Assembly: GCA_965222575.1 (NCBI GenBank)
Contig: OZ244958.1
Span: 800,001 to 864,000 of the forward strand
Source: Alphaproteobacteria bacterium
GTDB lineage: Bacteria > Pseudomonadota > Alphaproteobacteria > G965222575
Length of the DNA: 64,000 nucleotides
Direction of reading: 5' to 3'
The notes below the pieces were generated by a model, which was given only the letters and a program-made list of their open reading frames with translations, searched no databases and was not told the DNA's origin. Shown here one piece after another: positions 19,986 through 30,257 of this stretch; the stretch's first letter is position 1, and each line of letters begins with the position of its first letter. The translations under genes and the position numbers were made by a program.

Positions 19986-21781
19986 GGGGCTATTTTAGGG
20001 AGGGGTTTCAGATAGTGATAGAGGGTGGTTGCTGTTTTTTTGCTCAGTCCCGGGGTTGTGGCGATATGCTCAATACCGGCGGAGAGAATATTGCTGGGTG
20101 TGCCGAATCGTAGAAGCAGGGCTTGCTTTCGTTTCTTTCCTATGCCCGGAATAGTATCTAGGAGTGAAGTTGTGTATCCTTTTGTGCGTCTGTGGCTGTG
20201 GCGTGCGAGGGCATAGCGGTGAGCTTCATCGCGCAGGCGTTGTAAAAGATAAAATGCTTCTTTCGGTAAGGAAATAGGGTTTTTTTTAGGCAAGTGCCAT
20301 ATTTTATCGTCTTCTGATTGTCTAGGCAGGCCTTTTCCTATGGCTAGCACGCACACTTTGTCTAATCCCATGGAATGAAGTGCCTGATAGGCAAGATGAC
20401 CGTGTGCTCTCCCTCCATCTATGAGGACGATATCAGGGAGGGGGGAGGAGGAGGGTTTTTTGAACCGCCGTTTCAAAACATCTCTCATCATTGCATAATC
20501 ATCCTTTCCACAGGAGAGGTGAAATTGACGGTATGCGGAGGGACAAGTCCCTTCTTCTGTGGCGACTATCATACTGCCTGTGGCGTATGTCCCTGCTATA
20601 TGGCTGTTATCGTACACTTCTATCCTGAGTGAAGGGGACTTGATGCCTAGAAAAGACTTGAGTTCTGCTGTGCACTCTTTTGTAGAAGTTGCTTGTAACA
20701 ACCTAGTTTTTGCGTATTTTACGGCTTGTTGTTGACATCTGTAGGGCTTTCCTCGTTGTGCTGTTTTAATGGAGACATTTTTTTGGTACTGCAGGGATAA
20801 AGCTTTGGCATAGGAGGCGGTATTTTTAAGAGGTAGGCTTATATAGATTTCATGAGGAATAGGGTGTGATTGATACCATTGGAACAAGAAAGCTTTTCCT
20901 ATGGCTTCGGGTGTATCTTCTAGGCTGTGTCGTGAGCGCCCTGTACAATTGCCTAAGTATTGTCCGCCTCGAAAAATCAGCACTTCTGAGGTTGTACACC
21001 CTTCCTTAGTATAGAGACCTATCACATCTACATCGGTGTCTTTTCCTATTCCTAGGGTGCTTTCTATTTGGATTTTGCTTAAGGCTCTTAGGCGATTTCT
21101 GAGAAGAGCGGCATACTCGAAGAGTTGTTGTTCGGCAGCGTTTTCCATGTTGTCTTGATAGCGTGATAAGAGGGTTTTGAGCCCTTTTCCTCCGCGTAGG
21201 AACAGGGTGACATCCTTAACGAGATGGTCATAATCTGTTTTAGGAATCAAGCCTACACAAGGAGCGCTACACTGCCCTAGTTGATGCAATAAACAAGGAC
21301 GTGAGCGGTTGGCGAACTCTCTATCAGTACAAGACCTTAAAGGAAAGGCTTTTTGCAAGCTTTTCAGGGTTTGTTTGACGGTTTTTGAAGAACTAAAGGG
21401 GCCAAAATAGAGGGTTTTTTTGTCTTTTTTCCGCCCGCGGTATTTTTCTAAACGCGGCCATTTTCCCGGCACGAGGCGAATGTAAGGGTAGGATTTATCA
21501 TCCTTAAGCAAAATATTATGAGGTGGACGGTGTGTCTTGATGAGGTGGGCTTCTAGTAAGAGGGCTTCACTTTCAGAGTCAGTTTGAAGGGTTTCTACAC
21601 GCGAGACTCTCTTGAGCCAATTTGTCTGATGAGCAGATAGCGGCGCGCGCGTGTAAGATAACAGACGCTTATCCAGATAGCGGGCTTTTCCTATGTATAG
21701 GATTTTATTGGAGTTATCAAGCAGTTGGTACACGCCGCAGACGTGACCTGCTGTCTTTGCTGCTGCTTTGAGAACGGTCAT
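19982..21781 (-). CDS. uvrC: Excinuclease ABC subunit C
   Basis: GIY-YIG domain (GVYQ..LYIGKA), LLKDDKSYPYI, YDNSH, LIDGG, QRLRDEAHR and C-terminal HhH. Confidence 0.96.
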   Translation of the reverse strand: MTVLKAAAKTAGHVCGVYQLLDNSNKILYIGKARYLDKRLLSYTRAPLSAHQTNWLKRVSRVETLQTDSESEALLLEAHLIKTHRPPHNILLKDDKSYPYIRLVPGKWPRLEKYRGRKKDKKTLYFGPFSSSKTVKQTLKSLQKAFPLRSCTDREFANRSRPCLLHQLGQCSAPCVGLIPKTDYDHLVKDVTLFLRGGKGLKTLLSRYQDNMENAAEQQLFEYAALLRNRLRALSKIQIESTLGIGKDTDVDVIGLYTKEGCTTSEVLIFRGGQYLGNCTGRSRHSLEDTPEAIGKAFLFQWYQSHPIPHEIYISLPLKNTASYAKALSLQYQKNVSIKTAQRGKPYRCQQQAVKYAKTRLLQATSTKECTAELKSFLGIKSPSLRIEVYDNSHIAGTYATGSMIVATEEGTCPSAYRQFHLSCGKDDYAMMRDVLKRRFKKPSSSPLPDIVLIDGGRAHGHLAYQALHSMGLDKVCVLAIGKGLPRQSEDDKIWHLPKKNPISLPKEAFYLLQRLRDEAHRYALARHSHRRTKGYTTSLLDTIPGIGKKRKQALLLRFGTPSNILSAGIEHIATTPGLSKKTATTLYHYLKPLPKIAP

Positions 21782-22428
21782 GAGGAGAGAAGTCCTAGCT
21801 TATCTAAGGTTTTGCGTGCTAAATCCATGCTAATGGTTCTGTGATATGACAGAGAGAGGGTATCTAATTCTTGTACCACTTGCTTGATGGTTTTGAAGGA
21901 GCGCGGTAGGCGCGAAGAGAGATAGGATAGAACTGAAGGAGAAAGGACTAACTGACGGTCTGAGCAGTGCTTGACGAGAAGCTGTTTGAGTAAAGACGGT
22001 TCAGGCGGGTGTATGGCAATTGTGCGGGCTAGTTGTAGACGGGAGAGGGTATCGTTCTCTTTAACCTGCCATTGGGAAGGCGGACGTGAGGAGGTGAGCA
22101 AGACAAAATGCCCTGTTGTTAAGGCGTGATTTAAGAGTGGAAAGAGAAGGGCTTCGTCATTAAATTCTGAGTGTTTTTCTTCTGCTAGGATATAAGGGGT
22201 GGAAGGGAGGGGCTGTAGTGTTTCAAGGCACTGGGTTTTTTCCTGCCAAATTTTTCCGATGTGGGTTTTCCCAGAGCCTTCTTCTCCGTAGAGAATTAAC
22301 AGTCTTGTTGGCCAATCAGGCCATTTCTTGATAGTTTCAATAGCGGTTCTGTTACAGTTGCTGATGAGAAGGTCTGCAGCACATAAGGAGCCTGATAAAG
22401 GAAAAGGGAGAATGTCTTGCTTAGTCAT
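21778..22428 (-). CDS. hdaA: DnaA regulatory inactivator Hda/HdaA
   Basis: N-terminal clamp-binding-like QDILPF, Walker A GEEGSGKTH, DTLSRL, DRQL..LPRS; usual position divergent from purM. Confidence 0.8.
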   Translation of the reverse strand: MTKQDILPFPLSGSLCAADLLISNCNRTAIETIKKWPDWPTRLLILYGEEGSGKTHIGKIWQEKTQCLETLQPLPSTPYILAEEKHSEFNDEALLFPLLNHALTTGHFVLLTSSRPPSQWQVKENDTLSRLQLARTIAIHPPEPSLLKQLLVKHCSDRQLVLSPSVLSYLSSRLPRSFKTIKQVVQELDTLSLSYHRTISMDLARKTLDKLGLLSS

Positions 22429-23449
22429 GACTTGCCTGAATTTTCCAAACAGAAGTTTTTTGAGGTGTGATGCCTATTTTTAAGGGAGCAAGGGCTTTTT
22501 CGTAAGAAGAGAGCGAGTGATAATGCTTCATACTGTATTGCACTTGGTGAGCGCTAGCGCTTTGGGGTAAGAGTTCTTCACTTAAAGATTGTAGGATTTT
22601 TTCCACCGCTACGAGATTTTTGAGGGAGGAAAACTGTACCGTTAGTGTTGTGTGTTGATAGGGCATAAAATGAGCATTTTGCTCTTTCCAAAGTCTAATG
22701 ATATGGTGGCTAATTTTTTGAAGTGCGGAGGTAAAGGGCGGTTCATGTTGAATAGGCAGTTCAAAGGAGTACAGATGGAAAATTTTTCCGGGGAACAGGG
22801 AAGCTTCTACTTGTAGGTGAGGCAGTCCTTTTTGTGTGATGGAACGGAAAGCCAAAATGAGAATGCCTTCACAGTCATAGGCTTGTTGTAACTTGATAAG
22901 AGCAGAGGGAATGCGGAGATAGGAAGATTTTATGCCTTTTTTTATGATGGGGAGCAGCGGTTGAATTTCGTTTGGTTTGGGGGACACGAAAGGAGGTTGC
23001 GGGGTGGGGAAGTGTTGGATTGGAAGCTTTTCATCCCCTATGGGAATCAATAAAAAAGAAGGCATAGGACGAGAAATAAAAGGCATTTCGTGGGAGGATA
23101 AAAAGGCTTCGGTGTCCTTTTTATCGAACAACACTTCAAAGACGCCCGTGTAAACAGAAGGCGTATGTGTTTCTTTTATCACGCGAATGCCTCTTAGGAG
23201 TTGTTGCTCCTGTGGCACAGAAGCAATACGATAATGGGCAGAAGGAGGAGTGAGGTGAAACAGAAGGTTCTTAAATCCTTGTCGAAAGGCGGTATAGAAA
23301 ATATCATGCCTGTTAAGGGAGGATTTTTTAGCAATTTCTATGTGAGTTGTAATGGGCAGTAACTCTGCACAAACCAACGGTGGGAATGAAAAAAGAAGAA
23401 GAAGAAAAAGGGGGAAAAAGAATTTTGTTCCCTTCATGAGGTGAGGCAT
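22421..23449 (-). CDS. Exported hypothetical protein, DUF2066-like
   Basis: N-terminal signal peptide; conserved position between hdaA and purM. Confidence 0.55.
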   Translation of the reverse strand: MPHLMKGTKFFFPLFLLLLFSFPPLVCAELLPITTHIEIAKKSSLNRHDIFYTAFRQGFKNLLFHLTPPSAHYRIASVPQEQQLLRGIRVIKETHTPSVYTGVFEVLFDKKDTEAFLSSHEMPFISRPMPSFLLIPIGDEKLPIQHFPTPQPPFVSPKPNEIQPLLPIIKKGIKSSYLRIPSALIKLQQAYDCEGILILAFRSITQKGLPHLQVEASLFPGKIFHLYSFELPIQHEPPFTSALQKISHHIIRLWKEQNAHFMPYQHTTLTVQFSSLKNLVAVEKILQSLSEELLPQSASAHQVQYSMKHYHSLSSYEKALAPLKIGITPQKTSVWKIQASHD

Positions 23450-23493
23450 ACTGTTGAGAAGGTTACTTGGTGTAAACTATTGTACAACAAGAT

Positions 23494-24546
23494 ATGAGAA
23501 AAAAGAATGGAAAAAATGACGCCGCCGCATTGTACGAGAAGGCGGGAGTTTGTCTTAAACGAGGCGAAAAGATAGTGGAGGTTATTACAGCACTTGTTGC
23601 ACAACACAGCGGCGTAAAGGAGGATTTTCGGGGATTTGGAGGCTTATATGAGTTAAAAGGGTTCGCAAACCCTCTTCTTGTGTCTTCAACGGACGGTATT
23701 GGCACAAAAGCCCTGTGGTGTGCGCAGTATCAAAAGGATACTGAAGCCGGCATAGACTTAGTGGCTATGTGTGTCAATGATATTTTGGCCATGGGAGCTA
23801 AGCCTCTGTTTTTTTTAGACTATTTTGCGACTCATACTCTACAGGTAGAACAGGCCAAACGGCTGATAAACGGTGTCCTTGAGGGGTGTCGGGAGGCAGG
23901 GTGTGTTTTGTTAGGAGGAGAAACGGCTGAAATGCCGTCCTTGTCTCGGGAGTCCTATGAATTAGTAGGGTTTGCTGTTGGGGCTATGGAGAAGGGGGAG
24001 CAACTGCCCTTTGGTATTAAGGAAGGAGACCATTTAATTGGTCTTCCTTCTTCGGGATTGCATGCCAACGGGTTTTCTTTGGTGCGCAAGATTTTTGAAG
24101 AGCACAACATTGGTCTTGGAGACCCTTGGCAAGAGAAGGGTCTCTCTCTTTATGAGTGTGTTTTAGCTCCTACAAAGATTTATGTAAAAGAGCTTCTTCC
24201 TTTGATAAGCAAGCGTCTGATTAAGGGACTGATTCATGTGACAGGAGGGGGATTTCAGGGCAATATTCCGCGTGTTTTACCGCCGCACTTAGGGGTAGAG
24301 ATTCTGCTTAACGCATGGGAGAGACCGCCTTTGTTTCAGTGGTTAGGACGCTTAGGGCACCTCTCAGTTGAAGAGCTGTGCCGAGTTTTTAACGCCGGTA
24401 TTGGCATGATAGCTGTGGTAGACCAAAAGAAGACGCCGCAAATCCTTATGACGCTTAAGCAGTCTGTCCTTTTAGGGCGTGTTGTACAACAAAAATCCTC
24501 CTCTCCTAGAGTCCAATTTCTTTCATGTACCAAGTTGCCATTTTAA
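23494..24546 (+). CDS. purM: Phosphoribosylformylglycinamidine cyclo-ligase
   Basis: YEKAGV, GFGGL, STDGIGTK, DLVAMCVND, LGGETAEMP, SSGLHANGFSL, FNAGIG. Confidence 0.97.
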   Translation: MRKKNGKNDAAALYEKAGVCLKRGEKIVEVITALVAQHSGVKEDFRGFGGLYELKGFANPLLVSSTDGIGTKALWCAQYQKDTEAGIDLVAMCVNDILAMGAKPLFFLDYFATHTLQVEQAKRLINGVLEGCREAGCVLLGGETAEMPSLSRESYELVGFAVGAMEKGEQLPFGIKEGDHLIGLPSSGLHANGFSLVRKIFEEHNIGLGDPWQEKGLSLYECVLAPTKIYVKELLPLISKRLIKGLIHVTGGGFQGNIPRVLPPHLGVEILLNAWERPPLFQWLGRLGHLSVEELCRVFNAGIGMIAVVDQKKTPQILMTLKQSVLLGRVVQQKSSSPRVQFLSCTKLPF

Positions 24547-25151
24547 TCTCAGGGAAAGGCACGAACCTGCAATCTTTACACCGCTATACGGTTGCCCCGA
24601 AAGCCGCTGCCTGTATTGCTGTGGTGATTTCTAATCGTCAGGACGCTAAAGGACTACAATATGCTAAGCAGCACAACATTCCTAACATAACCATACCAGA
24701 TGATACGGAAGAAAAAAGAGAAGATGCCCTGTTAAAAGCCCTCTCACAATACAATGTTGCCTGTCTTTGTCTTGCAGGATTTATGAGAATCTTAAGCCCC
24801 CATTTCTTGCGGACTTGCCCAATCCCAATTTTGAATATTCATCCTTCTCTCTTGCCCTCCTTTAAGGGTCTGAACCCTCACAGCCAAGCCCTTAACACGG
24901 GGGTGAGCATAGCAGGGTGTACCATTCACCTTGTCTCTGAAGAAGTAGATGGAGGGCCTATTATTGCTCAGGCTGCTACTTTGGTGAAACCTTGTGATAC
25001 AGCTTTGTGCCTGCAAAAGAGGATTTTGTCCCTAGAGCATGTGTTATATCCTAAACTCCTACATGCTCTTGCTACTGGGGCTTGCCTGCTTAGCAAACAC
25101 AAACACTCTTGGAGGCAAGGGGAGTGTTGCTCTTTTTTGAAGGAGACTTAA
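24525..25151 (+). CDS. purN: Phosphoribosylglycinamide formyltransferase
   Basis: ISGKGTNL, LAGFMRIL, NIHPSLLPSFKG, GCTIH, VDGGPII. Confidence 0.96.
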   Translation: MYQVAILISGKGTNLQSLHRYTVAPKAAACIAVVISNRQDAKGLQYAKQHNIPNITIPDDTEEKREDALLKALSQYNVACLCLAGFMRILSPHFLRTCPIPILNIHPSLLPSFKGLNPHSQALNTGVSIAGCTIHLVSEEVDGGPIIAQAATLVKPCDTALCLQKRILSLEHVLYPKLLHALATGACLLSKHKHSWRQGECCSFLKET

Positions 25152-25214
25152 CCCCGTTTATCTTATAGGCAAAGGTCATCACTCTGCTGAGTGGGGTGAT
25201 GGGGGTGCCCTTTA

Positions 25215-25907
25215 TTATTGTGTAGGGCTAGAGGATTGTTCCGCTTCAAGGGAGACTTGCGTGTAGCGGTAGACGGTTTTTTCTATGATGGAGGCTTTGG
25301 ATGGTAGGGTCTCTTCACTGCCGATGAGGAGGGTATAGTGAATTTTGGCTGACTTTTGTTTGTTGAGGTTATGACAGAGGGTTTTGGTTTTTTCTCTACT
25401 TTTCAGGTCTGATGTGCTAGGCTGGATGATGAAGCCGGAGCAGGGGCAAGGTAAGAGAAAGGGCAGGTCTTCTTGTACGGAAAAGGGAGCAACGCAGATG
25501 AATCTTTTGATTTCAGGGCGCCGCATTAGAAGCTGTAGTGCTAAAATTGAGCCGAAGAAGAAGCCTCCTACCCACACTTCGCCCTTATGAGTTGATTTTA
25601 ACCAGTCTAAGGCAAAGGTTGCGTCTGTGAGTTCGCGTGTACCGGGTTGCAGATGAGGATTGACAGGATAATTGTATTGAAGAATAAAGGTACTAAACCC
25701 AGCTGCCCGCAATCCATTACTGATGGCTAACTCTATGCGTTGTGTTTGAAAGAGTATCTCTAAAAAAGAAGGTGTGGGAACTGGTTTTTTGTCATAGTAT
25801 TTATGAGCAGGAAACAGAAGTGCGATGGGTGCATCTGGTTTTTTCTTGTTGGCGTAATAGTGTGCGTGCAACTGGTGGTTGGTACCGTTAATAATAATAC
25901 TGGACAT
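25215..25907 (-). CDS. Alpha/beta hydrolase-fold protein (isc/suf-linked alphaproteobacterial family), catalytic residues apparently lost
   Basis: ELTDATFALDWL, QLLMRRPEI and FLLPCPCSG match the family; the nucleophile elbow reads GFFFG. Confidence 0.8.
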   Translation of the reverse strand: MSSIIINGTNHQLHAHYYANKKKPDAPIALLFPAHKYYDKKPVPTPSFLEILFQTQRIELAISNGLRAAGFSTFILQYNYPVNPHLQPGTRELTDATFALDWLKSTHKGEVWVGGFFFGSILALQLLMRRPEIKRFICVAPFSVQEDLPFLLPCPCSGFIIQPSTSDLKSREKTKTLCHNLNKQKSAKIHYTLLIGSEETLPSKASIIEKTVYRYTQVSLEAEQSSSPTQ

Positions 25908-26031
25908 AAGCCTTTAGAAAGCCGACTGATTTTGGTAAAAAAGAAAGACAGGTAGAAGATTGAAGTTATTATATCAACTATGCCATTGGAAAAGCAAGAA
26001 AAATTTATATTAATTAAGAATTTTTTTATCA

Positions 26032-27144
26032 ATGCTGTATTTTGACTACAATAGTAATAGTCCTTTAACTGCTGTAGCGCGCAAGCGTGCGTTGGAAGTG
26101 TTGGAGGTATTTGGGAATCCCTCTTCTGTTCACAGAGCGGGGAGGCGGTGTCGTAAGATACTGGAAGAGGCGCGCGAACAGGTAGCGGGTGCGTTGTCTG
26201 CTAGTACTGAGGAGGTAATTTTTACCTCTGGGGGGACGGAGGCGAATCATCGGGCTTTATCTGCTTTATCTGTGCGTAAACATGCGCTTGTTTCTGGGGC
26301 GGAGCATCCTTCGATTTTGGAAGCGGTGGGATTTTTTTTTGACCATGTCCATGAGGTACCGCTTGATTCTTCTGGACGAGTCCAGTTATTGGCACTTCAA
26401 CAACTCTTGGAGAAATTTGGCAAGGAGGCTACTGTTATTGTACAGTTAGCATCCCATGAAACGGGTGTGATACAGCCTTTAGAAGCCATTGTAAGGCTCT
26501 GTTGTGCCAGGGAGGCTTTGTTGCATTGTGACGCCATGCAGGGAGTGGGAAAATATTCTGTATCTTTTCGCTCTCTTGGGGTGACCACTCTGAGTGTTGC
26601 TGCCCATAAAATAGGAGGGCTTGCGGGAGCAGGGGCCCTGTTAGTCAAAAAAAATAGCAATCTCTCCTTCCCTCTTTTAGGCGGAGGACAGGAAGGGCGC
26701 AAACGACCGGGTACGCAAAATCTGGTAGGCATAGCTGCTTTTGGTGCTGCTATGGAACACTTAGGGGAACATCTCTCTTGTCTTCAAAAATTGAGACCTT
26801 ACAGAGAGGCTTTTGAGAAGGCTATCAAGGCATTTGCGCCTTCGAGTTGTATTTTTGGACAACAAGCCCCGCGCTTGCCCCATGTCTCTTGTTTATCCAT
26901 GCCCTCCGTTCCGAGTGACCTTCAAGTACAGCACATGGATTTGAAGAACATTGCTGTGAGTGCAGGGCCTGCTTGTAGCGGGGGAGAAGTGCCGCTCTCT
27001 TCTACGCTTATGGCCATGGGCGTGAGGGAAGAAGTTGCAAAGACCGCTTTGAGAATCAGTGCGGGACATCAAACACAACCAATAGATTGGAAACACCTAC
27101 AAGTTGCATGGCAGGATTTATACACTTTTTCTCGTGGGTTCTAA
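26032..27144 (+). CDS. Cysteine desulfurase (NifS/IscS-like, class V PLP)
   Basis: YFDYN, GNPSSVH, FTSGGTEAN, HCDAMQ, AAHKIGG (PLP Lys), GGGQE, SAGPACS (catalytic Cys). Confidence 0.92.
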   Translation: MLYFDYNSNSPLTAVARKRALEVLEVFGNPSSVHRAGRRCRKILEEAREQVAGALSASTEEVIFTSGGTEANHRALSALSVRKHALVSGAEHPSILEAVGFFFDHVHEVPLDSSGRVQLLALQQLLEKFGKEATVIVQLASHETGVIQPLEAIVRLCCAREALLHCDAMQGVGKYSVSFRSLGVTTLSVAAHKIGGLAGAGALLVKKNSNLSFPLLGGGQEGRKRPGTQNLVGIAAFGAAMEHLGEHLSCLQKLRPYREAFEKAIKAFAPSSCIFGQQAPRLPHVSCLSMPSVPSDLQVQHMDLKNIAVSAGPACSGGEVPLSSTLMAMGVREEVAKTALRISAGHQTQPIDWKHLQVAWQDLYTFSRGF

Positions 27145-28082
27145 CGCAAAACAGCTGGTAGCTTAAACTGTAAGGTTTCGCGGGCGATTTCTAATTCTTC
27201 TACTGTTACGTGAAACTGTTCCTTAAGACTAGCAATGACTCTTTGGACCAGTGTTTCAGGTGCTGAGGCGGAGGCGGTTAAGCCTATTTTTTTGTTCTCT
27301 ACAATCTCTTTCCAGGGAATAGAGTTCTCGTCCTTCAATAAGGTAGCAGAGCAGCCCGTCGTGCGTGATACTTCCAACAAACGCAACGAATTAGACGAGG
27401 TCATATCCCCTAAAACCCATAGTTGGTGACAACGTTGCGCTAAGGCTTTCACGGCTTCTTGGCGATTCGTTGTGGCGTAGCAAATGCTTTGGCTATGGGG
27501 CGGTTTGATGGCAGGAAATTTTTTCTTCAACGCTGCGATAATATTTTCCGTTTCATTGACACTTAAGGTTGTTTGCGTCACATAAGACAAGGCGGTATCA
27601 GGTGGAAATGACAAGGCTTCAACATCCTTGCAAGTCTCTATTAAGACGACCTCTTTGGCTTTCACTTGTCCCATAGTCCCTTCTACCTCGGGATGAGAGC
27701 GGTGACCAATCAAAATTGTCCGGATGCCTTCAGAGGCATTTTTACACACTTGTAGGTGAATTTTTTGCACCAAAGGACAGGTTGCGTCTATAATGACAAA
27801 GCCTCTCTCTTTGGCTTCTTTCACAACAGCTTTCGACACGCCGTGGGCTGAAAAAATCACAGGAGAAGGCCCTAAGGGAATCTCTTGTAATTCCTCTACG
27901 AAAATCGCGCCCTTTTTCATTAGCTCTTTGCAGGCGTAGGCATTGTGGATAATAGGGTGACGCACATAAATAGGTGCCCCCCATTTCAAAAGGGCTTTTT
28001 CTACAATCAAAACAGCACGTTCAACGCCGGCACAAAAACTCCGCGGCGAGGCTAATAAAATTGTGAGCGGTTGTCTTGACAC
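27141..28082 (-). CDS. ispH: 4-hydroxy-3-methylbut-2-enyl diphosphate reductase (probable GTG start at 28082)
   Basis: PRSFCAGVERA, SAHGV, DATCPLV, HPEVEG, TQTTLS, ICYATTNRQ, SSNS. Confidence 0.95.
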   Translation of the reverse strand: MSRQPLTILLASPRSFCAGVERAVLIVEKALLKWGAPIYVRHPIIHNAYACKELMKKGAIFVEELQEIPLGPSPVIFSAHGVSKAVVKEAKERGFVIIDATCPLVQKIHLQVCKNASEGIRTILIGHRSHPEVEGTMGQVKAKEVVLIETCKDVEALSFPPDTALSYVTQTTLSVNETENIIAALKKKFPAIKPPHSQSICYATTNRQEAVKALAQRCHQLWVLGDMTSSNSLRLLEVSRTTGCSATLLKDENSIPWKEIVENKKIGLTASASAPETLVQRVIASLKEQFHVTVEELEIARETLQFKLPAVLR

Positions 28083-28194
28083 AGGCGTGTTGAGCGAAGA
28101 TTGATAAAAAATTGAGCAATACCATAACAGGTCGGGTTGCCCTCCTCTCAAAATTAGAGTATCATAAGCGGTTACTACTTGCCACAATCCTCTT

Positions 28195-28698
28195 TTGATG
28201 ATGCCTTTTGTAAGCCTTCTTTTTGTTCTCTTCTTTGTAGCGTTTGCTCTTCCGGGATGTGTACAGCAAGAGGAAAACAGCCTAGTGACAGCTTATCGAC
28301 AACGTGTTTTTGTTGCCTCAGAAGCTTCTGAGCTTTTCTTCAAAACAGAACAAGGGGAGGAGCTGAAACTCACACTAGCTGTGGAAGAGGCGAAAAAAGC
28401 CTTCTATGACAAAAGTAGCAACCTGATGCGTTTGTCTGTTCCGGTGGTCATGACAGTGGAACGCATAGGGAGAAGTGACGGGGAACTCCAGGGTGTTATC
28501 CCAATTTTTTTCGTCATCAGACAGGATAAAGAACTACAAAAACCTTGGCTGGAAGAGATGTCCTTTACACTCTCAAAGACAAAAAATAGTGGACAGTTTG
28601 AACGGCTTTTTTCTTTCTCTTTTGAAAATGTTATACAAAAAGAAGACCTTTTACTTCACAACGTCATTGTTGGATTTGCATGGACTGATGAGCCATGA
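28195..28698 (+). CDS. Hypothetical lipoprotein
   Basis: Hydrophobic N-terminus ending in a lipobox-like LPGC; divergent from ispH. Confidence 0.55.
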   Translation: MMMPFVSLLFVLFFVAFALPGCVQQEENSLVTAYRQRVFVASEASELFFKTEQGEELKLTLAVEEAKKAFYDKSSNLMRLSVPVVMTVERIGRSDGELQGVIPIFFVIRQDKELQKPWLEEMSFTLSKTKNSGQFERLFSFSFENVIQKEDLLLHNVIVGFAWTDEP

Positions 28699-30190
28699 GA
28701 CGTCCTCTGTAACGCAGTGCTTCTGATAGGTGGGTCTTGGTGATAAGCTCGCTTTCGGATAGGTCTGCGATGGTGCGGGCTACTTTTAAGAGGCGGTGGT
28801 ATACCCGCGCTGAGAGGTGATAGGTCGAAATGACGTTCTCCATGAAGCTTTTGTCTTGCGGTCTAAGGGGAATGTAGTGCTCAATGGTTTTAGGGGTAAG
28901 GTAGGCATTACAGAGAATATTTGTGCCTTGATATCGTTTCTTCTGTCGTGTGCGTGCTGCCTTAACTTGCTCGCGAACATTTTCAGTGGCACTATTGTTG
29001 GTTTGGTCAGTTAGGGCATGAGGGGGCACTTGTTCTACATCCACTTGTAAGTCGAAGCGCTCCAATAAGGGGCCTGAAAGACGCGCTTGATATTCTTCCA
29101 TACAGCGTGGAATCCGCGCACAGCCTTTGCCCTTTTCAAAAGCATAGCCACACTTACAGGGATTCATAGCCGCTACTAGCAGAATATCTGTTGGGTATTC
29201 TATTTGGTGGTGGACGCGGCTGACTGTGATGGTACGTCTCTCCAGGGGCTGGCGGAGGGATTCTAGAACTGCGCGTGTAAATTCGGGGAGCTCGTCTAAA
29301 AAGAGAACTCCTTTGTGGGCTAAAGTGATTTCTCCGGGGGAAGGCGGGTTGCCTCCCCCGACCATGGCTGCTACGGATATGGAGTGGTGTGGTGCCCGGA
29401 AAGGGGCTTGTGTTGTCATGATGGGGAGCGTTGTGTTGGCCAGTGACCGCAGGCGCCCCACATCGATTGTGTCTTCCAGAGAAAGGGGAGGGAGTAATGC
29501 TCTTAAAGCTGAGGCTAAGAGTGTTTTGCCAGAACCGGGAGAGCCACTAAGCAGTAAATGATGGTGACCGCTTGCACAGATTAAAAGAGCCCGTTTCGCA
29601 ACATGTTGTCCTTTAATGCCTTCAAGAGAAATGCTGTCTTCTTCTTCCTCAGGCACAAGGGCAGCAGCAGGAGCTTGTAACACCTGTTTGCCACTTAAGT
29701 GATTCAATAAAGACCCTAGTGTATCAGGGGCTAAAATGTCATCATTCCCCCAAGTGCTGTCACTCCCTACTGAGGCAGGACAAATCAGGCCTTTCCCTTG
29801 TTGCTGTGCATGTAGTGCTGCTGGCAAAGCCCCTCGTACAGGCAAAAACTGACCTGATAATGATAACTCTCCTATGGCGATATACTCTTTGAAGTCTTCT
29901 TGATTGATATTCCCCATGGCAATGATGAGACTCAAGGCAATAGGCACATCATAGTGATTCCCTTCTTTCGGTAAATCGGCAGGAGACAGATTCACTGTGA
30001 TGCGTTTAGGCGGTAGCGCTAAACATAATGTCTGTAAGGCTGCCCTAACCCTCTCCTTAGATTCAGATACTCCTCGCTGTGGAAGACCTACAATGGTAAA
30101 ACTTGGTAACCCACTACTGATAGAGGCTTGTACATTGATGTCTACAACTTGCGCCCCAAGATAGCCAACTGTTGCAACCTCTGCATACAT
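28664..30190 (-). CDS. comM: YifB/ComM family Mg-chelatase-like AAA+ ATPase
   Basis: IVGLP..ESKERVR, VNLSPADLPKEG, GSPGSGKT, FRAPHHS, LFLDELPEF, AAMNPC.CG, HLSEALRYR. Confidence 0.93.
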   Translation of the reverse strand: MYAEVATVGYLGAQVVDINVQASISSGLPSFTIVGLPQRGVSESKERVRAALQTLCLALPPKRITVNLSPADLPKEGNHYDVPIALSLIIAMGNINQEDFKEYIAIGELSLSGQFLPVRGALPAALHAQQQGKGLICPASVGSDSTWGNDDILAPDTLGSLLNHLSGKQVLQAPAAALVPEEEEDSISLEGIKGQHVAKRALLICASGHHHLLLSGSPGSGKTLLASALRALLPPLSLEDTIDVGRLRSLANTTLPIMTTQAPFRAPHHSISVAAMVGGGNPPSPGEITLAHKGVLFLDELPEFTRAVLESLRQPLERRTITVSRVHHQIEYPTDILLVAAMNPCKCGYAFEKGKGCARIPRCMEEYQARLSGPLLERFDLQVDVEQVPPHALTDQTNNSATENVREQVKAARTRQKKRYQGTNILCNAYLTPKTIEHYIPLRPQDKSFMENVISTYHLSARVYHRLLKVARTIADLSESELITKTHLSEALRYRGRLMAHQSMQIQQ

Positions 30191-30257
30191 CAGAAAAAGA
30201 CCTTACAACGCAAAGGCTTTGTTATCAGTAGAAGGCAACATAGGGGAGAAAGACAAT

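Noticed and set aside
28083..28187. Apparent N-terminal extensions in the ORF track (ispH; also pstB, cutA, fabI, yejF)
   Set aside because: Longest-ORF artefacts; downstream starts match family N-termini and operon overlaps.
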